The notes under the pieces: generated by a model
Told to the model about the DNA's origin: nothing
Seen by the model: the letters and a program-made list of their open reading frames with translations, nothing else
Databases searched by the model: none
Program-made: the position numbers and the translations under genes
DNA from: a virus
IMG/VR virus record: IMGVR_UViG_3300044712_002679
Coordinates: 1 to 52,405 of that record
Length of the DNA stretch: 52,405 nucleotides
Direction: 5' to 3' (one strand)
In this document: in pieces, positions 38,278 through 48,784 of the stretch
Numbering within the stretch: position 1 is the stretch's first letter
Layout: each line of letters opens with the position of its first letter

Positions 38278-39009
38278 TTAAATTTTAGTAAAATTGAGAT
38301 CAAAATAATAATCGAAACAATATTGATTAGAAGGTTTAGATTGACTGTATTGTATTACAATATTATCAAATTTATATGGATCATATCCAACAACACTCAT
38401 ATTGCTTAAATTTTCCGGTTTATACACATTTACATTAAAATTGGGATTATATTGTAAATATATATTATCTTGAATTGATTGTTTTTTAATATCATAATAA
38501 CTAACATAAAAATCAATCTTATTCAATCTATATCTATTGAAAATATTATATGTAATATATTCATATATTGCATTATTTATATTATTTGAATACACTTCAT
38601 CAGAATTTATATTTTTAAAAACTCGTTGTTCTTTTATTTTAAAAAATAAATAATCTTTTAAAATTGTAGAACCATCAATAATTATTTTCCATTTAGTATT
38701 ATCATTTAAAGAAGTTGAATTTTGACTATATAAAGATATTTCTTGATTATTATTTTTCAAATCTGTTAAATTTTCATAAAAATTAGTTTCCCAATTTTTT
38801 GCTGTTGAAATATCATAATACTGATATCCATTATTATTATCATTTATTACTTGACTAAAATTAACAGAATCATCATTGATATAAATATTATCTTCAGAAT
38901 AAATTATTTTCCCACCAAAAAATGTTCTTAATTCTTTCTGATTCATTGTTCCAGGGACAGAATTTGTGCTAAATTTTTTTAAAATTAAATTACTTTTCAT
39001 TTTATTCAA
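38278..39009 (-). CDS. Hypothetical probable structural protein
   Basis: 243-aa ORF coupled to large upstream genes. Confidence 0.7.
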   Translation of the reverse strand: MNKMKSNLILKKFSTNSVPGTMNQKELRTFFGGKIIYSEDNIYINDDSVNFSQVINDNNNGYQYYDISTAKNWETNFYENLTDLKNNNQEISLYSQNSTSLNDNTKWKIIIDGSTILKDYLFFKIKEQRVFKNINSDEVYSNNINNAIYEYITYNIFNRYRLNKIDFYVSYYDIKKQSIQDNIYLQYNPNFNVNVYKPENLSNMSVVGYDPYKFDNIVIQYSQSKPSNQYCFDYYFDLNFTKI

Positions 39010-42000
39010 TTTTTTTTGGTATTAATGGGTCTATAATATATTCATAATTAGAAAGGTTTGAAAAAACTTGTTTATTTACATTTTGATCTGAATTAGTCAA
39101 AATATAAAAATCTTTATCCCATGATGAATCAAAAATAAATCTGCTACCAAACTGATAACCATATTCATCTACCATTGGATAAATAGATTTATCTTTATCA
39201 GTATTCTTCAATTTAAGTGGTGATGAATTTGGATTAACTTTTGAATATATCAATTCATCTATAATTCCAAAATTTTCAAAAGTTGTATCAAATTTATAAT
39301 TGGATGCCCATTCTTTTATACTTGAACCTGAATAATATAAATATGTATTATTAAATAATGGAATATTTGATAAAATTGGTTCATAAGTTCCATTGTATCT
39401 ATATATCAAATTATTTGTTGATACATTATTTGAAACATAAACAGTATTTAAATTATCTTCTTCTATATTTAAATTCATATATCTAGCTAATGGTTCAACT
39501 ACATTATATTTCTGTTTTTGTTCTATATCATAATATATTTGATATTTATCATAAATATTAGTTGATGGTCCAGTTATTGCGCCCTTTATATATGATTGTT
39601 TTTTCGTTTCTATTTTTTCTGGGTCATTTATTGATAAAATAAATGGTGGATCAACTTTTCCCCAACTAGTATTTTTCATCGAATTACCAGAATTAAAAAT
39701 ATTTATAGGTCCAGTTGAACCAAATTGTGCATCAGCATCAATATAATAATATGTTATTCCTGAATTAAATTCAGATAAAGTATTCATATCATCAAACGCA
39801 TTTATAAAATTAGATGCTGAAATCAAAGATGGGTCATATTCATCCAATACTGATTCTAATGTTGCTGATAAATAACAATCACCAGAACCGGTTTCACCCG
39901 ACTTAGTACATGGAACAATGTTATAATTTAAATTATCACCATTTAATGTTTTTGCAGTATATAATCCATATTTTTCACCAAAAATTGGAACATTATTTAA
40001 ACTTACAAAATTTTGTTGAATTGGTATTCTAACATTTATTATAATTAAGAAATTTTTAAATTTTTCATTTAAAAATACATGAATACCATTAACAGACTTA
40101 TCTATTATCGTATTTCCACTTAATCCATTTTCAACTAAACCTATACGATTTGATCCATTATAATAATCATAAACATCATTCAATATTATCGAAAATTTAT
40201 AATTGTTAAAATTTTTGGAATAATCAGTTATAATATTTAATATTTTACCATTAATATCTCTTGATATACTTTTAACTTTAATTGCATTTATATTTAAACC
40301 ATTAAATAATGTTATAGAATTAGAATATTGATCACCTGATTGGAACGTTGAATATTTTAAAGTTGGTTTAATAAAATCCAACGAATTTATTTCAAAATAT
40401 GCTTTATTTTTGAAAAAATAATCAAAATAATCAACATCAGATTTTAAATATAAATCAAGATTAAATTTTTTGCTGAAATCATCCATAAAATCTACTTCAA
40501 TATTTGTAGTTTGATTTAAATATCTGATAATTGTATTTCCTGAATAAAAGTTACCAATTCTATAAAAATAATCCAAATTTTTTTCAGTTTCCAATACTGT
40601 ACCATCTTTAATATTACATGTTCCATTATAAACATCCCCAACATCAATTGAATTGTTTAATTTATACGGATAATCACAATTTGAATTTGATCCAGCGAAC
40701 CCCCATTTAACAACACTTTGATTTTTTCTCCATATATCGGTTAAATTATTAAATGAAATTTCATATAGTTCATCATCTGCAATATATTCGGATGATATAT
40801 TCATTATTTGATATTGACCATCTTCACCTCTTGGATGATGCATATAATTTTTATTTAAAACTGATGTATCATTATAATCAATTGCATACAATTTATGTTC
40901 ACTTGTTGTTTGATAAGTATCTTTTTCATAATCAAAATCTGCAAAATGGGTATTTATTCTATTAAAATCAAAATCCTTTATATCACTAAATCTTAATCTA
41001 TATACAGGATATTGTAATGGTTTTTCACTATATGAATATATCGGTTTTGTTTTATAATATTTACTATTATTCCCACCTTTCCAATAAGTTAATGATGTTG
41101 GGAATGAATTTATAGCATAATCACTTTGAATAAAATAATTACCATTTCTTTGTTTTAAAACATGATATATTCCATCAATTTGAACAATATACAAATCACC
41201 ATACATAGTTTTCGTTTCACCATTTTCATAATATTCGTCAATTTTAAAATTTTCAGTAAACCCTGAAATAAAATTAGTATAACCTGATGGATTTTGAATT
41301 GTTCGACATTGATAATTTGTTCCTTCTTGATAATTAATAAAACATGTCCTATCATTTACCGAACTAAATGTAATTCCACTCATATCAAAATCACTAATTA
41401 TTTGATACGCTGTATTACCTTTATCCAAAGTTCTAATTACTTTATAAAAATCATTATCATATTGAATCCAATATGTTTTATTTGGTGAATAACCTTCCAC
41501 AAATGGTGAATCCATTATTGTTTTTCCACTATTATCAACAAAAATATTATTTATTAATTTTAAACCAGGTTTAATTTGTGGTGTAATATATGATGTTAAA
41601 TTTGATACAAAATCTAATTTATCAAGATAAAACCCATAATATCTATTTAATGAATAATTATTTATTTTATCGGGTGTTGCTGGAACATCATTATATAAAA
41701 ATTTCATATTCAAAATGTGTGGAAATATCAAATTATTATCTTTATAAGAATTCAATATTTCTTTTTCTAACTTAAAGTGTGGCTGTTCATAATATAATAT
41801 ATCTTGTAAAAATTTAGATTTTGTTACATAAACACCATTAAGATAGTCGATACCATAAAATTTTGAATATTCATATTGTCTAAAATCCAATTCGAATGAT
41901 TTTTCTGGAAATCTTGAATTATTCACATAATTATTATATAAGAAATAACCAAAGTCTGTTTCATATCGCATATCATAAAAATTAACACACTTCCATTTGT

Positions 42001-42487
42001 CAACAATTTGATTTAAAAAATTATCTTTATTTAATTCAGATGGTCCAAATTCATTTGATATTTCGTCATAAGGAATAGAATCATCTACTCGTAATATAAT
42101 AAATCCTTCTGGTAAATCACCTTTTCTAATATACAATGGTGCTAAATATTCATAATCTTCATTATACCAATTATCTTCAACAGCTTTTGCACCTGACCAA
42201 TAAATATCATCAAATTGTTTATCATATGTAGAAAACACATTTGACACATCAGAATCATATTTAACATCAAATGCTAATTGTGATGATAATCCATCATAAA
42301 ATCGTATTACTTGATCTTCATATAAATTATTTTTATTTATCAAATAATGTTTATATTTTTGATCAGATAATTGTTTGTTAGTATCAAATGATTCTAAATA
42401 TAATTTATAATCAGGATTAACAACCAATTTAATGTTGGTTGTTAATGCTGGGTCTGTTCTTAATAATTGAAAACTTTTATGTATCAC
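39002..42487 (-). CDS. Large hypothetical probable virion protein
   Basis: 1161-aa N/Y-rich ORF in a TATATATA-headed operon. Confidence 0.75.
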   Translation of the reverse strand: MIHKSFQLLRTDPALTTNIKLVVNPDYKLYLESFDTNKQLSDQKYKHYLINKNNLYEDQVIRFYDGLSSQLAFDVKYDSDVSNVFSTYDKQFDDIYWSGAKAVEDNWYNEDYEYLAPLYIRKGDLPEGFIILRVDDSIPYDEISNEFGPSELNKDNFLNQIVDKWKCVNFYDMRYETDFGYFLYNNYVNNSRFPEKSFELDFRQYEYSKFYGIDYLNGVYVTKSKFLQDILYYEQPHFKLEKEILNSYKDNNLIFPHILNMKFLYNDVPATPDKINNYSLNRYYGFYLDKLDFVSNLTSYITPQIKPGLKLINNIFVDNSGKTIMDSPFVEGYSPNKTYWIQYDNDFYKVIRTLDKGNTAYQIISDFDMSGITFSSVNDRTCFINYQEGTNYQCRTIQNPSGYTNFISGFTENFKIDEYYENGETKTMYGDLYIVQIDGIYHVLKQRNGNYFIQSDYAINSFPTSLTYWKGGNNSKYYKTKPIYSYSEKPLQYPVYRLRFSDIKDFDFNRINTHFADFDYEKDTYQTTSEHKLYAIDYNDTSVLNKNYMHHPRGEDGQYQIMNISSEYIADDELYEISFNNLTDIWRKNQSVVKWGFAGSNSNCDYPYKLNNSIDVGDVYNGTCNIKDGTVLETEKNLDYFYRIGNFYSGNTIIRYLNQTTNIEVDFMDDFSKKFNLDLYLKSDVDYFDYFFKNKAYFEINSLDFIKPTLKYSTFQSGDQYSNSITLFNGLNINAIKVKSISRDINGKILNIITDYSKNFNNYKFSIILNDVYDYYNGSNRIGLVENGLSGNTIIDKSVNGIHVFLNEKFKNFLIIINVRIPIQQNFVSLNNVPIFGEKYGLYTAKTLNGDNLNYNIVPCTKSGETGSGDCYLSATLESVLDEYDPSLISASNFINAFDDMNTLSEFNSGITYYYIDADAQFGSTGPINIFNSGNSMKNTSWGKVDPPFILSINDPEKIETKKQSYIKGAITGPSTNIYDKYQIYYDIEQKQKYNVVEPLARYMNLNIEEDNLNTVYVSNNVSTNNLIYRYNGTYEPILSNIPLFNNTYLYYSGSSIKEWASNYKFDTTFENFGIIDELIYSKVNPNSSPLKLKNTDKDKSIYPMVDEYGYQFGSRFIFDSSWDKDFYILTNSDQNVNKQVFSNLSNYEYIIDPLIPKKIE

Positions 42488-42511
42488 GAATATAAATTAA
42501 TTTTTAAACAA

Positions 42512-45500
42512 TTAAATCATCATATTAGATGTGATTAAATCGGTATTTGTTCTTGTATTATAAGTACGATTTCTATAAATTTTAAAAACTACTTCAAATT
42601 CAAATGCCCGACTTAAATTTTCTGGTTCTAAAAATATTCTTATTTTTCTTGTAATTGTAGGTGATGTGGAGGTATTTGATGCAAAAATTACACTACCTGA
42701 TGATCCACTAGACAATTTAAAGAATATTTTAATTGGTATTGTAAATTTAGTGCTTGCATTAATTAATTTCACACCACCAGTTTCGGTATATCTTAAATTG
42801 TTTATATTTTCAATATACGGATGAAGTGTTACAGGAAAATCTGTTTGATATTCAGTATCAGCAGACCAAGTAACACCAGTCCAATCAATAGAATCAAAAA
42901 TATTGACATCATTCGTATAACTTCCCGAAAATCCAACATTCCAATTTTTTGAATATAACACTTTACCCAAACCTGTTGGGAAAGTTAATCCTGAATTATA
43001 AATTTGTTGATTACCTGATGTATCAGATATCCACACAAATTGATTATCTTGTTGAATATGTAATTTATCTTCTGAATCTATATATGTTGCTAATGATCCC
43101 TTTGCATATGTTGGATTATAAAATCTATTATCATTAGCAACTGTTGGTATATATTTACGATACGATAATAATCCAAGTTGACTACCTGTCGATGTATTTT
43201 CAAATTGTAAATAGAAATCATTAATAGAATAGATATTATTATAATATGTTCTACTTGTACCCCCATATAATATTGCATAATTTTCACATGTTATTGGAAC
43301 TTCAACAGAAGCACCATTTGCAATTAAAACTTCATTCGCATTATTAAATAATTTAACAGTAAGATTTCCTTTAGCACCTGAAATCATATCTTCCAATGTT
43401 GATATTTTATTCATCAAATTGTTTAATAAAACATTTAACATGATGACATTACCTGATGAATCTTTAAATGATGTTCCTAAATTTACATCAGTATGAGCAA
43501 CATATAAATCATTTACACTATATGATTGTTGTAAATGGGTTGTTAATCCTTTCGAATTAAATTTAGATTCTATTTGTGAATAAATTTGTTCATTTTGTGC
43601 TTCTTGAATAATGGTGCTACTTATAATAGTTTGTGTTAAATCATCTGGAAATTCAACTGTTAATATATTACTCCAATCAGACATAAGTGGAACGGTATTA
43701 AAACCAACTTCTGATATTGATCTTATCTTTATTTCAATTTTTTCATTCGGATTTATCGAAATATCCAATTGATTGATATTTGGAACATTGGCATCCGTAA
43801 CATCTTCTACTTCCCATTTACAAACATCTAACGCTTTATCATATATTCTTTTTCTAATTCCAGTTAAAATTGGTGTCCAATTTGAATAATATCCTGTTAT
43901 TTTTGATGATTGTGTTGTCACATCAGGATTTGTATATGCTTTTGTCTGATCATTAATATCACCACTTACTGTTGAATATGTATAAATTGTTTCATTCATA
44001 TTTAATGAAAAACCTTCAGTTGTTGGTTCTGATCCACCTTTAGCACTACGTCTATATTGAATTTCAAATTGAACAACTTCTTGTGTTTGTTTTTCACCTA
44101 CGGTATTCACAACAATAGGTTCAGGAAAACTCCAAAATCCCCTAATATGATATTCTGGTATTTCTGTTGATGTTGTATTAGAATTTTCAGCACTAATTTG
44201 ATTTACAATAGATGTATATAATTTAGTTTTTGATTCTTGTTCTGCAATATATGAATTTAGCTGATTTTGACTTGCTTGTTTATCTGCAACTGTTTTAAAT
44301 TGCTTGGTGCTAATTTCTTTTGTTTTTTGTGTAATTGTATCACTCAATTGTTCTAATTGTGATTTAATAGATGTTTTTTGTGCATGTAATTCTTTCAATT
44401 TAGTTGAATTTGCAGTATCAGTTAAATGTTTATTAACTTGAACAACTTTAAAATTACTACTATCTAATATAGGTTCATTTGGAACTGAACCATATTTAGA
44501 TGGTATATTTTTTACAACCATATCTTTTAATATTGCACCATAATCAAGAACTGATTCCACATAAAATTTAGTCATTGATACAGTATCATTTGTATCCAAT
44601 ACCAAATCATTACTATAAAAACATGTTCCATAAGACCAAGTAGATGCAATTATATTAGCATCAGTATTTATTGGTTTAACAAATATCACATTATATTCAT
44701 CATATCCAATTGAAACTTTGATTGTCTTTGAATTGATTTCAGGACTATAAATTTTTAACGCTTGATATATTATAGGCACAGGTTCTAATCCTTCAACAGT
44801 TTCTAATATTACCCTATAATTACTTTTTGATGTACTAACTTCTTTAACTTTCCATTTAGTCGATGAATTTTTTTTATTTATAATCAATTCATCACCTATT
44901 GCTAATTGTTTTGTATTACCAGAATAATCATAATATGTTATTGATCCAAAAACATACCACATTTTTTTATTAATAGTATCATTATCAACACCTAATATAT
45001 CAAAAATACCATAATATTGTAATTTATTGTAATCTAATGTGAAAATTTGTTCATCATATGGTTCATAGTAACGTGACACACCATAGTTTTTAGGATTATT
45101 ATACCAAGTTGTTAAATCATCAACAGATATACTATTTTTATTTAAAAATTTCGTTTCAAAATCTTTCTTAGAAGTTAAACCATCAGTAGTATATTCGCCA
45201 TTTTCATCTTTCTGAAATTTGATAATATATCGACGTGATAATACTTGGTTAATTTTTCTATCTATTTTATCTGTAAGATCAATATTAACAGCTAACATTG
45301 GATTACATAATGCTTCAAAAAATGAATTGTTAACAGTTGAAAATCTAGAAACGGTATTCAAACTATCAATTGGTTCTGGTTCTCGATTCAAATCATCAAC
45401 ATAAACTCTTCTCATTGTTGTACCATCACTCACATAGGCTGTACTATCAGCCAATCCTGCCAACTTTCTAATATTTCTATTCGCAATATCTAAATCATTT

Positions 45501-45688
45501 TTCAATTGACCTACGGTTGGATATTGATAGTTAGATGATGTACCATCACTATTCATTAAAGTTAAATTCACAATAGAATTTCTACTTGTTACAACATCAT
45601 TTAGTTTAGTTATAACTTCAATAGAATTTTTATTTAACAATGCTAATTGTTCGGCTAAAGATACAAAGGTATTCTTTTGATTTATCAT
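42512..45688 (-). CDS. Large probable virion protein with central coiled coil
   Basis: 1058-aa ORF, TATATATA at 45711-45718. Confidence 0.75.
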   Translation of the reverse strand: MINQKNTFVSLAEQLALLNKNSIEVITKLNDVVTSRNSIVNLTLMNSDGTSSNYQYPTVGQLKNDLDIANRNIRKLAGLADSTAYVSDGTTMRRVYVDDLNREPEPIDSLNTVSRFSTVNNSFFEALCNPMLAVNIDLTDKIDRKINQVLSRRYIIKFQKDENGEYTTDGLTSKKDFETKFLNKNSISVDDLTTWYNNPKNYGVSRYYEPYDEQIFTLDYNKLQYYGIFDILGVDNDTINKKMWYVFGSITYYDYSGNTKQLAIGDELIINKKNSSTKWKVKEVSTSKSNYRVILETVEGLEPVPIIYQALKIYSPEINSKTIKVSIGYDEYNVIFVKPINTDANIIASTWSYGTCFYSNDLVLDTNDTVSMTKFYVESVLDYGAILKDMVVKNIPSKYGSVPNEPILDSSNFKVVQVNKHLTDTANSTKLKELHAQKTSIKSQLEQLSDTITQKTKEISTKQFKTVADKQASQNQLNSYIAEQESKTKLYTSIVNQISAENSNTTSTEIPEYHIRGFWSFPEPIVVNTVGEKQTQEVVQFEIQYRRSAKGGSEPTTEGFSLNMNETIYTYSTVSGDINDQTKAYTNPDVTTQSSKITGYYSNWTPILTGIRKRIYDKALDVCKWEVEDVTDANVPNINQLDISINPNEKIEIKIRSISEVGFNTVPLMSDWSNILTVEFPDDLTQTIISSTIIQEAQNEQIYSQIESKFNSKGLTTHLQQSYSVNDLYVAHTDVNLGTSFKDSSGNVIMLNVLLNNLMNKISTLEDMISGAKGNLTVKLFNNANEVLIANGASVEVPITCENYAILYGGTSRTYYNNIYSINDFYLQFENTSTGSQLGLLSYRKYIPTVANDNRFYNPTYAKGSLATYIDSEDKLHIQQDNQFVWISDTSGNQQIYNSGLTFPTGLGKVLYSKNWNVGFSGSYTNDVNIFDSIDWTGVTWSADTEYQTDFPVTLHPYIENINNLRYTETGGVKLINASTKFTIPIKIFFKLSSGSSGSVIFASNTSTSPTITRKIRIFLEPENLSRAFEFEVVFKIYRNRTYNTRTNTDLITSNMMI

Positions 45689-45810
45689 AATTAATAAATT
45701 AATTTTTCATTATATATAAAAAATTATACTTCAAAAGAAACCATTATTGAAAAAATAATAAACAAAAATTCAGGTAAGATAATGATAATATATAAATATT
45801 ATTTTATTTT

Positions 45811-46905
45811 TTATTTTACTAATATTATAAATTGAATTGGATCGGTAGTATCATCTACACTAATTTCAACTTTATTGCGCCATGAACGTTTCAGTACCCA
45901 TGCATCTAATACCCGGTATGGTCTGTTTAATTTTATGTCTTCATCGGTAAATTCAGTTTTATCAAAAAAATTAATTACCCTGTTATTTATAATTTGAATT
46001 TTTTTATTCTTTTTAGTCTTGTAGAAATTTTCAAAATCTTGTTTTATTTTAGCTAAAATTGGTAAACTTTTAACATCCGTGTTTTGTAATATTTTGTTTA
46101 TAAACTGTATAGATTTATATTTAGATATATTTTTAAAATATCCACCCGATATTTGAAATTCTCCGACAACATAACTTCGCTGTGTATCTAAATCCAAAAA
46201 ACCATATCTTAATTGTGAATTTTCTTTTACACCAAAGAAAAATGTTAATTTAGCATCTTTTATTTTCAGTAAAATTTCATAACACGATGCTAATGAATGT
46301 TTATATTTAAATATTTCTATAAATTCATTTATATCTTTAATGGTTTCGGTTGAAAAGAAAAAATGATATTGATATATTTTTGTATAAAAATCATTTAATA
46401 TAAAGTGATAATCATGATTAGAAATTATTTGTAAAAAAGTTAAAAATGAATTTTTACCAGATAATTCGTTATTTTCATTTATTTTATTTTCATATTCATC
46501 ATCAAATTGATTGTAATCATCTTCATTATCTGTCAATAATCCATTTTTATCTTGGTATGCCCAAACATCTTTTTTATCTACTTTATAAATATTTTCTAAT
46601 TGATGTTTAAGACTAGTAATTTTACTTGTAATTTTTATCCAATGTTCCATTTGTTTTTGTTTTAAATCATCAAAAATTTCATTTCGCATTTTATTTTGTA
46701 ATATTTTAGATTTTAATTCCAATTCACTAATTTCAATTAATATTGTATTTATATCTTCATCATCTTTTGAAAAATTATTAAGTATAGCTTTTTCTGAATC
46801 ATCTAAGGAATCATATCCAGTAGCTGATATTTTATCTATAATATCATCAATTTGCTTCATACTATGAAAAATAGTACCTTCAAATATTTTAAAATTAGTT
46901 ATCAT
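45811..46905 (-). CDS. N-tagged two-domain hypothetical protein
   Basis: MITNFKIFE, IDDIIDKISATGYDSL, internal KINE linker. Confidence 0.75.
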   Translation of the reverse strand: MITNFKIFEGTIFHSMKQIDDIIDKISATGYDSLDDSEKAILNNFSKDDEDINTILIEISELELKSKILQNKMRNEIFDDLKQKQMEHWIKITSKITSLKHQLENIYKVDKKDVWAYQDKNGLLTDNEDDYNQFDDEYENKINENNELSGKNSFLTFLQIISNHDYHFILNDFYTKIYQYHFFFSTETIKDINEFIEIFKYKHSLASCYEILLKIKDAKLTFFFGVKENSQLRYGFLDLDTQRSYVVGEFQISGGYFKNISKYKSIQFINKILQNTDVKSLPILAKIKQDFENFYKTKKNKKIQIINNRVINFFDKTEFTDEDIKLNRPYRVLDAWVLKRSWRNKVEISVDDTTDPIQFIILVK

Positions 46906-46929
46906 AAAATATTATATTTTTTTGCTTTT
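46879..46929 (-). repeat. Gene-junction repeat copy 1 (KAKKYNIL*/MITNFKIFE)
   Basis: 49/51 identical to 47226-47276. Confidence 0.9.
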
Positions 46930-47252
46930 TGTTTTATTTGGTATTCTTTTAACCAATCTTCAATATTGATTAAATCATATTTATTATCAAATTCATTATA
47001 ATTGGATTCTAACCAATTAGGAAATTCTTTTATTTTTATTTTTTTAGAAGTGTGAATAAAAATGTACATTATATCTTTAATATTTTTATTTACATCTTTA
47101 ACTGTACTTGGAAAAAAATATCCTTTTATATTTAATTTTTTTATTTTTTCATATACTGATTCAACAAATTGAAGATCAAATATATCGACAAACCAATATT
47201 CAACAGCCAAATTTATCGGTTTATTTTCAAATAATTTAAAATTGGTTATCAT
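46902..47252 (-). CDS. Hypothetical protein tagged at both termini
   Basis: MITNFKLFE...KAKKYNIL. Confidence 0.75.
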   Translation of the reverse strand: MITNFKLFENKPINLAVEYWFVDIFDLQFVESVYEKIKKLNIKGYFFPSTVKDVNKNIKDIMYIFIHTSKKIKIKEFPNWLESNYNEFDNKYDLINIEDWLKEYQIKQKAKKYNIL

Positions 47253-47276
47253 AAAATATTATATTTTTTTGCTTTT
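47226..47276 (-). repeat. Gene-junction repeat copy 2
   Basis: 49/51 identical to 46879-46929. Confidence 0.9.
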
Positions 47277-48112
47277 AACCAATATTCAATATCTTTTATT
47301 TCATAATCACCACCATTTTTTAAATTACCACCATCAGAAAAATCACCATATTGATTATAATAATCATCATATATATCTTTAGTTAAATGTACATTAATTA
47401 CTACATATTCAATATCATCTTCTTCAAATTCGTAAAAATGGGTTTCTATATTTAATTTTTTTGATAATTTATAATAGTTTATTATTTTATTATATGATGA
47501 TGGATCATCCATTTCAACAAAAAGAGTATACCAATTATCATCATCTGAAAATTCTTCATTTATATTAAAATTATTTAAATCAAAATCACCATTATTACCA
47601 ATAGCAGATTTAACTAAATTTGAAAAAAATGCAACATATTGTGGTGTTTTCAATTCGCCTGTAAAGTCATATTTTAATGGTTCTATAATTATTCCATCGT
47701 ATCCTTGACTTATTAAATCTTCTCTCAATTCTTTAATACTTAATATACTTCTACCTGACATATGAAGCCATTCATGTGCTGTCATATATTTTGGATTTTG
47801 TAAAGATAAATATACTGCTATTAAATTGGCATTTTTTTTATATTTTCCACCTTTCATCCAATTTTTTCCTTTTGTGAATTTTGATGCAAGTTCATGTTCA
47901 GCAGTAAAATAAAATCCTAATGCAGATAATGGTGCATCAGTATTATTTCCAAATTTAGAATATATAAATTCTGAAAAATCCGCATTTGTGCCATGATATA
48001 ATACTAATGGTTGACCATTTTCATCAACTACCTTAGAATTCCTAAACCATTTTTTAAATGATGGATTTTCTGTTATTTGTATAAATTCAAATATTTTAAA
48101 TTTAGTGATCAT
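47249..48112 (-). CDS. ADP-ribosyltransferase-like protein (ART-PolyVal type), tagged at both termini
   Basis: WFRNSKVVDENGQPLVLYHGT, GFYF, YLSLQNP, GYDGII. MITKFKIFE...KAKKYNIL. Confidence 0.8.
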   Translation of the reverse strand: MITKFKIFEFIQITENPSFKKWFRNSKVVDENGQPLVLYHGTNADFSEFIYSKFGNNTDAPLSALGFYFTAEHELASKFTKGKNWMKGGKYKKNANLIAVYLSLQNPKYMTAHEWLHMSGRSILSIKELREDLISQGYDGIIIEPLKYDFTGELKTPQYVAFFSNLVKSAIGNNGDFDLNNFNINEEFSDDDNWYTLFVEMDDPSSYNKIINYYKLSKKLNIETHFYEFEEDDIEYVVINVHLTKDIYDDYYNQYGDFSDGGNLKNGGDYEIKDIEYWLKAKKYNIL

Positions 48113-48470
48113 TTATATTTGTGAATTTTTCAAAAGTCATTATATGCTTTCTTTCACCCATCAATTGATTGGGTACATCTTGTTTATCATCTTGATTATA
48201 AATGTTATTTTTAACCTGCAATTTAAATTTATCATATAATGTTTTTGCAACTTTTTTCATATCTAAATTTTTTTCAGTTGCAGTATCAATATATTCACGT
48301 ATCTTATCTTGAATTTCAACTGGCTGATTGAAAATTTCGTTATTAAACCTTTCAATTTCATCGGGCTTAATTTCTTTATCTTGTGATATAAGTTCTTTAA
48401 TTTCATCTTGAACAATATCAAAATATCTACTAATTACTGCATCATTTTTACTATCTATGTTATCTATCAT
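48102..48470 (-). CDS. Hypothetical protein with tag-like KHIMTFEKF near its C-terminus
   Basis: 122-aa ORF coupled on both sides. Confidence 0.7.
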   Translation of the reverse strand: MIDNIDSKNDAVISRYFDIVQDEIKELISQDKEIKPDEIERFNNEIFNQPVEIQDKIREYIDTATEKNLDMKKVAKTLYDKFKLQVKNNIYNQDDKQDVPNQLMGERKHIMTFEKFTNINDH

Positions 48471-48784
48471 AATATATTATATTTTTTTGCACTTTTATAT
48501 AAATTGGGATCTTCCATATATTTTAATAAATCTTTAAAATCATTTGGTTCGATATAAATTGAATCTTTAAATGATGATTTTAAACAAAGTGGAAATTTAT
48601 CATTTTTTGTTATATAGAAATCAATAATTTTATTATTATACCAATCAGATATCATATTTAATATTTTATTTTTAATATTAACGTAATTATTTTCAATCGT
48701 ATAATATTTACCAAAAAGTGATTTTTTTATTTCATCATCGTCATCAATTAAATTATTAAAAGATTCGAATTTTGTAATATTCAT
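48467..48784 (-). CDS. Hypothetical protein tagged at both termini
   Basis: MNITKFESF...SAKKYNIL, TATATATA at 48800-48807. Confidence 0.75.
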   Translation of the reverse strand: MNITKFESFNNLIDDDDEIKKSLFGKYYTIENNYVNIKNKILNMISDWYNNKIIDFYITKNDKFPLCLKSSFKDSIYIEPNDFKDLLKYMEDPNLYKSAKKYNIL

